From Bacteroidota bacterium (GTDB lineage Bacteria > Bacteroidota > Bacteroidia > B-17B0 > Aurantibacillaceae), in contig JAFLBH010000001.1 of assembly GCA_017303905.1 (NCBI GenBank), positions 511,809-535,808 of the forward strand: a stretch of 24,000 bases of DNA. Reading direction: 5' to 3'. The notes under the pieces are model-generated. The model saw only the letters and a list, made by a program, of their open reading frames with translations. It made no database searches and was not told where the DNA came from. The position numbers and the translations under genes were made by a program. Of the stretch, positions 1-7,764 are shown piece by piece (position 1 is the stretch's first letter; each line of letters starts with the position of its first letter).

Positions 1-206
1 ATGGTGGTATAACGCCCCGGTTCCACTAAAATTTTATGGCGTTTTTTTCCGTCATATTTTTCTTTAAGTAAACGGTGTTGCGCCGCTGAATCAGCCAAAG
101 TAACCTCTGAATTATCGTCGATTTTTATATATATAATACCATTGTCCCAAAAATCTACAGTGGAGTTACGAAGGCGTATAGTTTCAAGAGTAACAGGGAG
201 GCTCAT
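1..206 (-). CDS. Partial CDS (first 68 codons, continues past window start); possible STAS/SpoIIAA-like small protein
   Basis: Absent from the ORF track because it runs off the window. The reverse complement reads ATG (206-204) MSLPVTLETIRLRNSTVDFWDNGIIYIKIDDNSEVTLADSAAQHRLLKEKYDGKKRHKILVEPGRYTT with no stop. The pattern (FW-x-x-GI, TLxxA, GKK...LV) resembles Bacteroidota STAS/SEC14-like small proteins. The function is assigned by eye only. Confidence 0.35.
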   Translation of the reverse strand, partial: MSLPVTLETIRLRNSTVDFWDNGIIYIKIDDNSEVTLADSAAQHRLLKEKYDGKKRHKILVEPGRYTT

Positions 207-290
207 GGTTTTTATCCGCCGCCAATATAGAAGTTTTTATGCCGAGTACATCACGCCTTAGATTAAGAAATTAAAAACAGAATGTTGAAA

Positions 291-2417
291 TCAAACTACT
301 TTTACAGAAATGATGCTCACGTCATCAACCTGCTCATTTTTACCCTTCCATTCCTGTAAGAAATTATAAAGCAGTTCTTTTTGTTGTTGCAACATTAAAT
401 TACTGTTGTTAACGATGAATGATTTTAAGTTTTTCGACATTAATTTTTTACTGCCTTCGCCACCAAATTGATCGGCAAATCCATCTGTGCTTAACACTAT
501 TTGATCGCCGGATTCTAATTGGATTTCATGTAAAGTAAATGGTATTAATTCACCGTGATAATTTCCAACCGGCATCTTGTCACCGGCGTATTCTATTAAT
601 GAACCATTTCTAATTATCCAAAGTTTATTATTAGCACCTGCAAATTCGAGCGTGTTGTTTAATTTGTTCCAGGTGCAAATAGCCATATCCATTCCGTCAC
701 GCCTATCTGTCACGCCTTTTTGTTCGAGGGAAGAAATAATTTTTGTGCGCAGTTTATTTAATATTTCTGCGGGATTGAAAAATTTATTTTCTACAACCAA
801 TTCATTTAAAAAACTATTTCCGAGCATGCTCATAAATCCACCCGGTACGCCATGCCCCGTACAATCGGCTAAAGCAAAAACTGCGCGACTATTAACAGTA
901 TTGTAAGCCCAGTAAAAATCACCACTTACAATGTCTTTAGGTTGAAATAAAATAAAATATTCTTGCGATATTTTTTTCCAAACATCATCACCTGTTAATA
1001 CGGCCGCCTGAATTTTTTGCGCGTAATGAATACTGTCAAGAATCTCTTTTTGTTTTTCTTCAACGAGTAGTTTTTGATGTTCAATTTCTTCTTTTTGTAA
1101 CTCTACTTGTTCCTTCTGGCTATTAATAATGATGTTTGCTTTTTGGGTTTTTTTGAAATTGCGAAAAGCTACAAAAGCAAAAATTACTACCGCAAATAAT
1201 CCCACTGTGCCAATGATTAAAACTTTTGTTTTGGCTTCATTTTCTTTTTCTTGCGCGGAAATTTCTAACGATTGATTTTGTATTTGCAGATCTTTTTTCT
1301 CTGTTTCGTATTTGGTGTTTAGGTTTTTGATAAGCTCAATGTTTTCAAGCGACAATAGAGAATCCTTCATGTTAGAAAAGTCATCCATGAACAAAAATCC
1401 TTTTCCTTTATCACCATAGGCTAAATGGTACTCACCAATTGTTTGTAAAAAAGGAACCTTATATTCGGGAAGGACATGAACCTCGCCAATAGCTTGTGCA
1501 GAATCTAAATATTTTGTTACTAAATGAGGCTTCGGAACAAACCTTAAATATACGTTCGCAGCATTTAAATATCCGCCGTATAAGGTGGCGGGATTATTCA
1601 AGGCTTTAGATAACTCAATCGTTTTTTTACAATAATATATCGCAGAGTCGGGTTGATTTAAATCCATGAATGTTAATCCCAGGTTTTGATAAACACCGGC
1701 TACACCATTTAAATTATTACTTGTTTGAAACTCTTTAAGGGCTAATCGATAATACTCCGCGCACTTAAGAGCATTGTTTTTGTAGTTTTGAATTAGCCCG
1801 AGATTTTGATAAACATAAGCGAGACTTCCGGGTATATATTCTTTAATTAGCAAATTATACGACTCCATTAAATACTTTTCTGCACTTATATAATCTTTTT
1901 GGTTAATATAAATTACAGCAATATTGTTTTTTAAGTCAGCAACATTCAGGGGTTTTTTTGACGCTTCAAAAAGCGTAATAGCGCTAATGTTTTCCTTAAT
2001 TGCGCTTTCATAATCTCCTTCGTTTTCATATACGAGGCCTAAGTTTTGATGCGAATAAGCTGCCAGAAGACTATAATTAATTTTTTTAGAAAACTCAATC
2101 GCTTTAAAATAGAAATATTTAGAGGAATCTTGATTACCAACGGTATAATAATAAATTCCTAATTTGAAATAGCCAACGCCCTCGTGTTTAATCGAGCCGG
2201 ATTTTTTACCTAGCTCAATTATTTTATAACCATATTCTTTGTTCTTTTCAGGAACACTCCCTGCCCAAAGAGCAGCTACCATGTTGTAATAGTTAGCTTT
2301 AGTTGTATCGTTTGCACTTTTACTTAGAGTAAGTAAACTATCAATAACTCGCATATTTTGTGCAAAGCATGCAAGAGAAACAAAAATGCCAAAAAGTAAG
2401 AATTTAAATTTACGCAT
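291..2417 (-). CDS. Membrane-anchored TPR-repeat sensor with a C-terminal PP2C-type (SpoIIE/RsbU-like) serine phosphatase domain
   Basis: 708 aa ORF with an ATG start. It has an N-terminal signal/TM segment and multiple TPR-like repeats (YQNLGL.. recurring). A coiled coil is followed by a TM helix (VLIIGTVGLFAVVIFAFVAF). The SpoIIE-type domain carries SGDFYW, DCTGHGVPGGFMSM, DGMDM, STDGFADQFGG and DDVSII. Confidence 0.85.
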   Translation of the reverse strand: MRKFKFLLFGIFVSLACFAQNMRVIDSLLTLSKSANDTTKANYYNMVAALWAGSVPEKNKEYGYKIIELGKKSGSIKHEGVGYFKLGIYYYTVGNQDSSKYFYFKAIEFSKKINYSLLAAYSHQNLGLVYENEGDYESAIKENISAITLFEASKKPLNVADLKNNIAVIYINQKDYISAEKYLMESYNLLIKEYIPGSLAYVYQNLGLIQNYKNNALKCAEYYRLALKEFQTSNNLNGVAGVYQNLGLTFMDLNQPDSAIYYCKKTIELSKALNNPATLYGGYLNAANVYLRFVPKPHLVTKYLDSAQAIGEVHVLPEYKVPFLQTIGEYHLAYGDKGKGFLFMDDFSNMKDSLLSLENIELIKNLNTKYETEKKDLQIQNQSLEISAQEKENEAKTKVLIIGTVGLFAVVIFAFVAFRNFKKTQKANIIINSQKEQVELQKEEIEHQKLLVEEKQKEILDSIHYAQKIQAAVLTGDDVWKKISQEYFILFQPKDIVSGDFYWAYNTVNSRAVFALADCTGHGVPGGFMSMLGNSFLNELVVENKFFNPAEILNKLRTKIISSLEQKGVTDRRDGMDMAICTWNKLNNTLEFAGANNKLWIIRNGSLIEYAGDKMPVGNYHGELIPFTLHEIQLESGDQIVLSTDGFADQFGGEGSKKLMSKNLKSFIVNNSNLMLQQQKELLYNFLQEWKGKNEQVDDVSIISVKVV

Positions 2418-3796
2418 TACCCAAACAATTGGTTAAACACCTCTTCTATTTTATTGACGGTTATAATTTCAATAGAATAGCTTTTAGGGTCTAATCCTTT
2501 TTTGTTAAAGGTAGAAATAAAAATCTTTTCAAATCCAAGTTTTTGCGCTTCACTTATTCTCTGTTCAATTCGGTTTACCGGTCTGATTTCTCCGGTTAAT
2601 CCAACCTCGGCGGCAAAACACACATTTTGAGGTATAGGTAAATCTTCGTTGCTTGATAAAATGCCACACACCAAAGCCAAATCAATTCCCGGGTCTTCCA
2701 CTTTGATACCGCCGGCAATATTTATAAAAACATCTTTTACGGCCAATCTGAATCCGCATCGCTTTTCCAAAACAGCTAATAACATGGATAATCTTCTTAA
2801 ATCAAATCCGGTAGAAGAACGTTGAGGTACGCTATAGGCGGCGCTGCTTACTAAGGCCTGTGTTTCAATTAACATCGGTCGATTTCCTTCCATGGTGGCC
2901 GCAATGGCTACACCACTGGTGGCATATTCACGTTGCGTGATTAAAATTTCGCTGGGATTCGTTACTTCTCGCAATCCGTCGCCGCTCATTTCGTAAATCC
3001 CCATTTCATTAGTGCTTCCAAAACGGTTTTTAGTGGCGCGCAATAATCTGTAAATATGATTCGTGTCGCCCTCAAATTGTAAAACCGTATCCACCATGTG
3101 CTCCAAAACTTTTGGTCCGGCTAAACTTCCCTCTTTGGTAATATGACCAATCATAAAAACCGGCGTATTGGTTTCTTTAGCGAAACGTAAAAATTCGGCA
3201 GCGCATTCACGAACCTGACTAACGCTTCCCGGACTGCTCTCGATATAGGACGTATGAATCGTTTGTATAGAATCGATAACTACCAGCTGAGGTTGTAACA
3301 CTTCTATTTGCTGAAAAATATTTTGTGTATTTGTTTCTTGCAAAATGAAACACGAATTCGTGGTAACACCAATCCTTTCGGCACGCATTTTTATTTGCTG
3401 TTCGCTTTCTTCTCCGCTAACGTACAACACTTTTAAATTTTTCAATCGTAAAGCCAATTGCAACATTAAAGTTGATTTACCAATGCCCGGCTCACCGCCA
3501 AATAAAACGATACTTCCGGGCACAATCCCGCCTCCCAACACGCGGGCTAATTCTTTTCCGGGAACGGGAATGCGCGGATAGTCCTGCAAGCCGATTTCTT
3601 GTAAAAGCTCGGGTTTGTTACTTTGTTTAGGGTCTTTGTTCCCCGAAAACAATTGCAGGCGATCGTTTTTAGTTTCCTTTCTTACAACCTCTTCCACCAA
3701 TGTATTCCACTCATTACAACTCGTACATTTTCCAACCCATTTATTGTGTTGTGTTCCACAGCTCTGACAGAAATATGTTGTTTTAGTTTTGGCCAT
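2417..3796 (-). CDS. radA: DNA repair protein RadA/Sms
   Basis: 459 aa. It has an N-terminal C4 zinc finger (CQSCGTQHNKWVGKCTSCNEW), a Walker A motif (GGEPGIGKST), the RadA-specific KNRFG motif and a Lon-protease-like C-terminal domain. The stop codon overlaps the downstream phosphatase ATG by 1 nt (TAATG). Confidence 0.95.
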   Translation of the reverse strand: MAKTKTTYFCQSCGTQHNKWVGKCTSCNEWNTLVEEVVRKETKNDRLQLFSGNKDPKQSNKPELLQEIGLQDYPRIPVPGKELARVLGGGIVPGSIVLFGGEPGIGKSTLMLQLALRLKNLKVLYVSGEESEQQIKMRAERIGVTTNSCFILQETNTQNIFQQIEVLQPQLVVIDSIQTIHTSYIESSPGSVSQVRECAAEFLRFAKETNTPVFMIGHITKEGSLAGPKVLEHMVDTVLQFEGDTNHIYRLLRATKNRFGSTNEMGIYEMSGDGLREVTNPSEILITQREYATSGVAIAATMEGNRPMLIETQALVSSAAYSVPQRSSTGFDLRRLSMLLAVLEKRCGFRLAVKDVFINIAGGIKVEDPGIDLALVCGILSSNEDLPIPQNVCFAAEVGLTGEIRPVNRIEQRISEAQKLGFEKIFISTFNKKGLDPKSYSIEIITVNKIEEVFNQLFG

Positions 3797-3803
3797 TATC
3801 TTG

Positions 3804-3883
3804 TTAAATGTTTTTTATTATATGTTTAGTGTTATTCATTCAAGTTAACATTTAACATAAAAAGCATATTGAAAAATGTTAAA
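3804..3883. repeat. Direct repeat DR1 (80 bp; perfect 74 bp core 3810-3883), immediately upstream of the radA start
   Basis: It matches 4312-4391 at 79/80 positions, with the single mismatch at 3809 vs 4317. It contains a 9 bp inverted repeat, TTAACATTT (3845-3853) / AAATGTTAA (3874-3882). Confidence 0.95.
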
Positions 3884-3907
3884 GTTTCCCGTTTACTAAC
3901 GGCATTA

Positions 3908-4276
3908 TTACTTGTTTCTTCTGGCTGTTTCAATACTTTTTACGAATATTGAAATGAGCTCTTTACATTCTTTATTTGCCCTTTCAACTTTATCAAGCTC
4001 TTTTATCAAAGGTTTTCTTTTGACAATTTCCAAGGCAATGCTTGTTTCTTTCAATTCTTTTAGACAAATTTTCATTTTATGAATGAAATCGTTTCTGGAT
4101 TCTGCTACTTGAGCCTCACCGTAATTAAAAGCGGGAGAGGTGCCCGAACGAAGCAGCTGTCCCGCTATGTGATTTCCGGCCTTAGTATTCGGCAACATTT
4201 CTACAATTTCCATATTTAATAAAGAAAAACTGATTAAGCGTTCTTCCAAATCAAACTTTTTTCCAACCTCTGCCAT
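3908..4276 (-). CDS. Four-helix-bundle protein (23S rRNA intervening-sequence protein family, TIGR02436-like; distant relative of DGR Avd)
   Basis: 122 aa with an ATG start. Typical family features are present: LEERLISFS...., AGNHIAGQLLRSGTSPAFNYGEAQVAESRNDFIHKMKICLKELKET..W/AL. The size and all-helical pattern fit the family. Confidence 0.8.
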   Translation of the reverse strand: MAEVGKKFDLEERLISFSLLNMEIVEMLPNTKAGNHIAGQLLRSGTSPAFNYGEAQVAESRNDFIHKMKICLKELKETSIALEIVKRKPLIKELDKVERANKECKELISIFVKSIETARRNK

Positions 4277-4311
4277 AGCTCCTTTTATTTAGGATAAAAC
4301 AAGGGAATCCA

Positions 4312-4391
4312 TTAAACGTTTTTTATTATATGTTTAGTGTTATTCATTCAAGTTAACATTTAACATAAAAAGCATATTGAAAAATGTTAAA
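4312..4391. repeat. Direct repeat DR2 (second copy of the 80 bp radA-upstream sequence), upstream of the four-helix-bundle gene
   Basis: The perfect 74 bp core at 4318-4391 equals 3810-3883. The same internal 9 bp inverted repeat is present. Confidence 0.95.
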
Positions 4392-4550
4392 TCTTTGGTT
4401 TATCAATACAAACACAAAGTTAGGCTCTACAGTAGCAAGTGCTTGCCATAAATTGTAGCAATTCAAAAAATCACCTTTTTTGGCACGATATCTGCTGTGT
4501 TTGCGGGGCTTTAACCCTTATAATATTAGAAATTCTGTATCTTTATTAAA

Positions 4551-5387
4551 ATGTTAAATTCACATATGCGACGGATTAAATGGACATCGGCAATAATTTT
4601 AAGCTTGGTACTTGCCATAACATTTTACAGTTGTAATAAACAAGATACCATTACGCCTCTTAGCGGGACTCCTGTTACAGGAAACGGTTCTGTTGATATT
4701 AGCTGGACTTTTGATAAGGCTCACAGCAATGTAAACTGGGAATCGAAATACCTCGATTGGTCGAGCGGAATGTTAACCGGACGCTTCAACAATTTTAATT
4801 TTTCTCCGAAGTTTGTCTTCAACGAAACTGATTTGAGCCTTTGCAAAATAAATGCCTGGGTACAATTGTCGTCTATAGATTCAGGAGAGCCCGGACGCGA
4901 CGGCGTTGGAAAATGCATTCGCAGTTACATGGGCGTTACTTATTTAGATAGCTTAAAAACAATTACAGATCCCGTTAGTGATACAGCTTGGTTTAAAAGC
5001 ACCAGTGTTGTAAAATCAGGTACGGGTTATGTTGTTTTTGGCAACATGCGTTTTAACCGTTACCGCGCACCAAGCGGAAATCCGGATGGCACGCACATTT
5101 TTAAACCGGCCGTTTTGTATTTAGTATATAATGGCACAGAAGATTTTGATACTAACGGTGATGCCATTACCGACAGATACCGCGCTTCTTTTTCAGCGAA
5201 GTTAAAATTCAAGCGTTCCGATTTTATGGACACCAATTCCACCGTGCAGTGGGTGCCTGTTCCTGCCTTGGCCGACCAAACAGGAAACATGAGCGCAGCG
5301 AATAATAAAACCTACGGTGTTTGGACAACCAACATCGCCGATGAAATGAGTTTTACGTTTAACGCACAGTTTTATAAAAATCACTAA
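4551..5387 (+). CDS. YceI-like (polyisoprenoid-binding family) lipoprotein
   Basis: 278 aa with a lipoprotein signal (..LVLAITFYSC); ATG 4566 (MRRIKW..) is an alternative start. YceI-like motifs are present: W-FDKAHSNVNW..., L-GRFN-F-F, and I-A-V-LSSIDSGEPGRD. Confidence 0.55.
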   Translation: MLNSHMRRIKWTSAIILSLVLAITFYSCNKQDTITPLSGTPVTGNGSVDISWTFDKAHSNVNWESKYLDWSSGMLTGRFNNFNFSPKFVFNETDLSLCKINAWVQLSSIDSGEPGRDGVGKCIRSYMGVTYLDSLKTITDPVSDTAWFKSTSVVKSGTGYVVFGNMRFNRYRAPSGNPDGTHIFKPAVLYLVYNGTEDFDTNGDAITDRYRASFSAKLKFKRSDFMDTNSTVQWVPVPALADQTGNMSAANNKTYGVWTTNIADEMSFTFNAQFYKNH

Positions 5388-5390
5388 GAC

Positions 5391-5771
5391 ATGAAAAACA
5401 TTTATCATATCATATGTGTTTTAATGCTGACGGTGTTTTTTAGCGCATGTAAAAAAGAAGCGGGACCCGGCGGAAAAAACACCATTAGCGGAACAGTGGT
5501 TTACAAGAACGGCGTAAGCGGAAGCAATGATGCCGCAGGCATGGCTACCGTTAGAATAGCTTACGGAACAAACGAATCAACCGAGAGTTTTAATCAAACG
5601 ATCTTAACGGATGAAGCCGGAAAATTTAAAATAGAGGGATTAAACAAAGGAAAATATTTTATAAAAGCTTCTTACAGTGATGGAAACGGATTCGCCTATT
5701 CAAATCCCGGATACGGCATCACCATTGAAAACAAAAAGAAAACCATTGAAGTAAATATTACATTAGAATAA
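5391..5771 (+). CDS. Small lipoprotein with a carboxypeptidase-regulatory-like (CarboxypepD_reg / Ig-like) domain
   Basis: 126 aa with signal plus lipobox (VFFSAC). ISGTVVYKNG...TDEAGKFKIEGLNKGKYFIKASY is the classic CarboxypepD_reg pattern. The gene starts 3 nt after the upstream stop. Confidence 0.5.
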   Translation: MKNIYHIICVLMLTVFFSACKKEAGPGGKNTISGTVVYKNGVSGSNDAAGMATVRIAYGTNESTESFNQTILTDEAGKFKIEGLNKGKYFIKASYSDGNGFAYSNPGYGITIENKKKTIEVNITLE

Positions 5772-5785
5772 TTAAAAGATATAGC

Positions 5786-7450
5786 ATGAAAACACGTTTA
5801 CAAAAAACTTTAACCGCTTTATTGTTGTTGTTTGTTATAAAAGCAACACATGCGCAAACAAATACCTGGCAATGGGCTAAAAGTGCAGGTGCTACCGGTA
5901 ACGAAGCTACCACCGGAACTGTTGTTGATGCGAGCGGCAATGTATATGCGGTGGGATGGTACACCAGTGCCACAATTACCTTTGGAACCATAACACTTAC
6001 CAATCCGGGTAATTTTACAGCGGATATGTTTATTGCTAAATACGATGCTTCAGGAAACGTGTTATGGGCAAAAACGTTTGGTGGAGTAGACGGAGAAATT
6101 GGAAACGGAATTGCGATTGATGCAAGCGGAAATATTTATGTTACCGGATGGTTCACTAGTTCTGCGATGGCCATGGACACGTATACCATTACAAATGCCG
6201 GCACCGCAAGCAGCGATATTTTTGTTGCTAAACTTGACGCGAGCGGAAGTACGGTATGGGCAAGAAGTGGTGGCGGAACCGGCGGCGATAGAGGACTGGG
6301 CGTAGCGGTTGATGCAAGCAACAATGTGTTTGTGAGTGGAGGTTTTAATAGTAACAGCATCAGCTTTGGCAGCGGAGGACTCACCAACGCCGGAACAAAT
6401 ACCAGCGATGTGTTTATCGTAAAATATAATGCAAGCGGAAATGTGCAATGGGCACAAAGTGCCGGTGGTTCAGCGAACGATTTATCCAATGGTGTTGCCA
6501 CAGATAGCTTAGGCAATGCTTATCTCACAGGTTATTTCTCGAGTTCAAATATTAATTTTGGAACCGGCATTATTAATAATAACACCGTTAATACACAAGA
6601 TATTTTTGTGACTAAATATAACGGTTCGGGGACCGCGGTTTGGGCACAGCGCACGGGTGGAAGTATGGATGATTACGCAAACGCCATTGCGATCAGAGGA
6701 AATCGTTTATACATTACCGGTGGATTTAACAGCGCATCCATTGCGGTTGGAACAACAACCTTAAACAACAATAGCGCGGGAACTTCTGATTTTATTTTGG
6801 CGAAATATGATTTAAACGGCAATGCACAGTGGGCCGTCGAAGCAGGCGATGTAGATTCTGAGGCGGGGAATGGCATAGCAACGGATGTGGCAGGAAATGT
6901 TTTTGTCAGCGGGTATTATATCAGTGCAACTATTATTTTTGGAACAAACACACTTACCAACGCTGCTGCGGGTTATCGCGATTTATTTGTGGCGGCGTAT
7001 ACAAGTAATGGTTTTGCCGCATGGGCGAATACAGCTACCGCCGCTACTTATGATGAAACCGCCAATGCCGTAGCGGTTACAGCAAGCGGAAGTGACGTGT
7101 ATGTAGGTGGTTCGTTTAATAGTGCTATTGCTTCTTTTGGAGCGCATAACGTTTATAAAGGTTGTGGCGATGATGTGTTTGTTGCTAAACTTACAGGCAC
7201 TACGGTTGGAATAAAAGAAAATAAACTGCACGATCAATTAGCATTGTATCCAAATCCAACAAGCGGAAAATTTACCGTAGAAGGTGAAGGACAAATTATT
7301 TTTTATAATGTATTAGGCGAAGAAGTGCTTAATGAAAAAGTAAATAAACATCAAACCTTCGATTTTTCATCGCAAGCTAAAGGCGTTTACGTTTATAAAA
7401 TAATCTCTACCGATAAAAAAGTGTATAGCGGAAGAGTAGTGGTGGAGTAA
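5786..7450 (+). CDS. Secreted SBBP-repeat beta-propeller protein (7 repeats) with a T9SS C-terminal sorting domain
   Basis: 554 aa with a signal peptide (..VIKATHAQ). Seven tandem repeats of roughly 60 aa follow the form D(A/S)SGN(V/I)Y(V)TG-F-S....FG...LTN.G...D-F(V/I)AKYDASGN..WA...GG. The C-terminus LALYPNPTSGKFTVE...GVYVYKI...SGRVVVE is a type-A T9SS CTD. Confidence 0.85.
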   Translation: MKTRLQKTLTALLLLFVIKATHAQTNTWQWAKSAGATGNEATTGTVVDASGNVYAVGWYTSATITFGTITLTNPGNFTADMFIAKYDASGNVLWAKTFGGVDGEIGNGIAIDASGNIYVTGWFTSSAMAMDTYTITNAGTASSDIFVAKLDASGSTVWARSGGGTGGDRGLGVAVDASNNVFVSGGFNSNSISFGSGGLTNAGTNTSDVFIVKYNASGNVQWAQSAGGSANDLSNGVATDSLGNAYLTGYFSSSNINFGTGIINNNTVNTQDIFVTKYNGSGTAVWAQRTGGSMDDYANAIAIRGNRLYITGGFNSASIAVGTTTLNNNSAGTSDFILAKYDLNGNAQWAVEAGDVDSEAGNGIATDVAGNVFVSGYYISATIIFGTNTLTNAAAGYRDLFVAAYTSNGFAAWANTATAATYDETANAVAVTASGSDVYVGGSFNSAIASFGAHNVYKGCGDDVFVAKLTGTTVGIKENKLHDQLALYPNPTSGKFTVEGEGQIIFYNVLGEEVLNEKVNKHQTFDFSSQAKGVYVYKIISTDKKVYSGRVVVE

Positions 7451-7458
7451 GTAAATTT

Positions 7459-7634
7459 AACCCCTCTGTCCTGCGGACATCTCCCCTTAGCAGGGGAGAA
7501 TTTTGTCATGGTCGATTCAAACTTTTTAGCAAAGATTTTCTTAATTGATAATATAAGCTCCATCAAAAACGGGCAGCTCCTCCCCCTGCTAAGGGGGAGT
7601 GCGCTTACGCGAAAGCGTAAGGGCGAGGGGGTTT
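7459..7634 (+). repeat. Nested-hairpin MITE-like element, copy 1 (hairpin order D-C-centre-B-A on the + strand)
   Basis: Its reverse complement aligns along its full length to 13793-13958. Termini are AACCCCTC ... GAGGGGGTTT. Hairpins are GTCC-TGC-GGAC, CTCCCCT-TAGC-AGGGGAG, CTCCCCC-TGCTAA-GGGGGAG and the variant CTTACGC-GAAA-GCGTAAG (7604-7621). A solo terminus remnant, GGGAGGGGGTTT, lies at 7650-7661. Confidence 0.85.
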
Positions 7635-7764
7635 ATCACTTACACAAAAGGGAGGGGGTTTGCAACTCAATACCCCAAGGGCTTTTACCTTACACTTTCA
7701 TATGTCCCTAAAAATTTGTTATTTCAAACTGTAACCAAAAAACTAATTTGCGTTATTGCCCCGG

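Noticed and set aside
3888-3901. A hairpin, CCGTT-TACT-AACGG, just downstream of the four-helix-bundle stop, considered as a possible terminator.
   Set aside because: The stem is only 5 bp and no U-run follows on the - strand. That is too weak to call, and read-through into radA is just as plausible.
4392-4550. A possible small RNA or tRNA in the 160 nt gap before the YceI-like gene, with local stems such as GCAAG-TG-CTTGC at 4436-4447.
   Set aside because: There is no cloverleaf or recognisable ncRNA family signature. The stems are short, and part of the region is explained by the 19 nt motif reported separately.
5758-7237. Numerous 60-130 aa ORFs antisense or out of frame within the SBBP propeller gene (for example 6062..6457 and 6136..6516 on the - strand, and 6099..6305 on the + strand).
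   Set aside because: They are shadow ORFs created by the repetitive, relatively GC-rich Gly/Ala/Ser/Thr codon content of the real 554 aa gene. Their products are low-complexity. The same reasoning applies to the short antisense ORFs inside radA, dcm, holB, dprA and the phosphatase genes.
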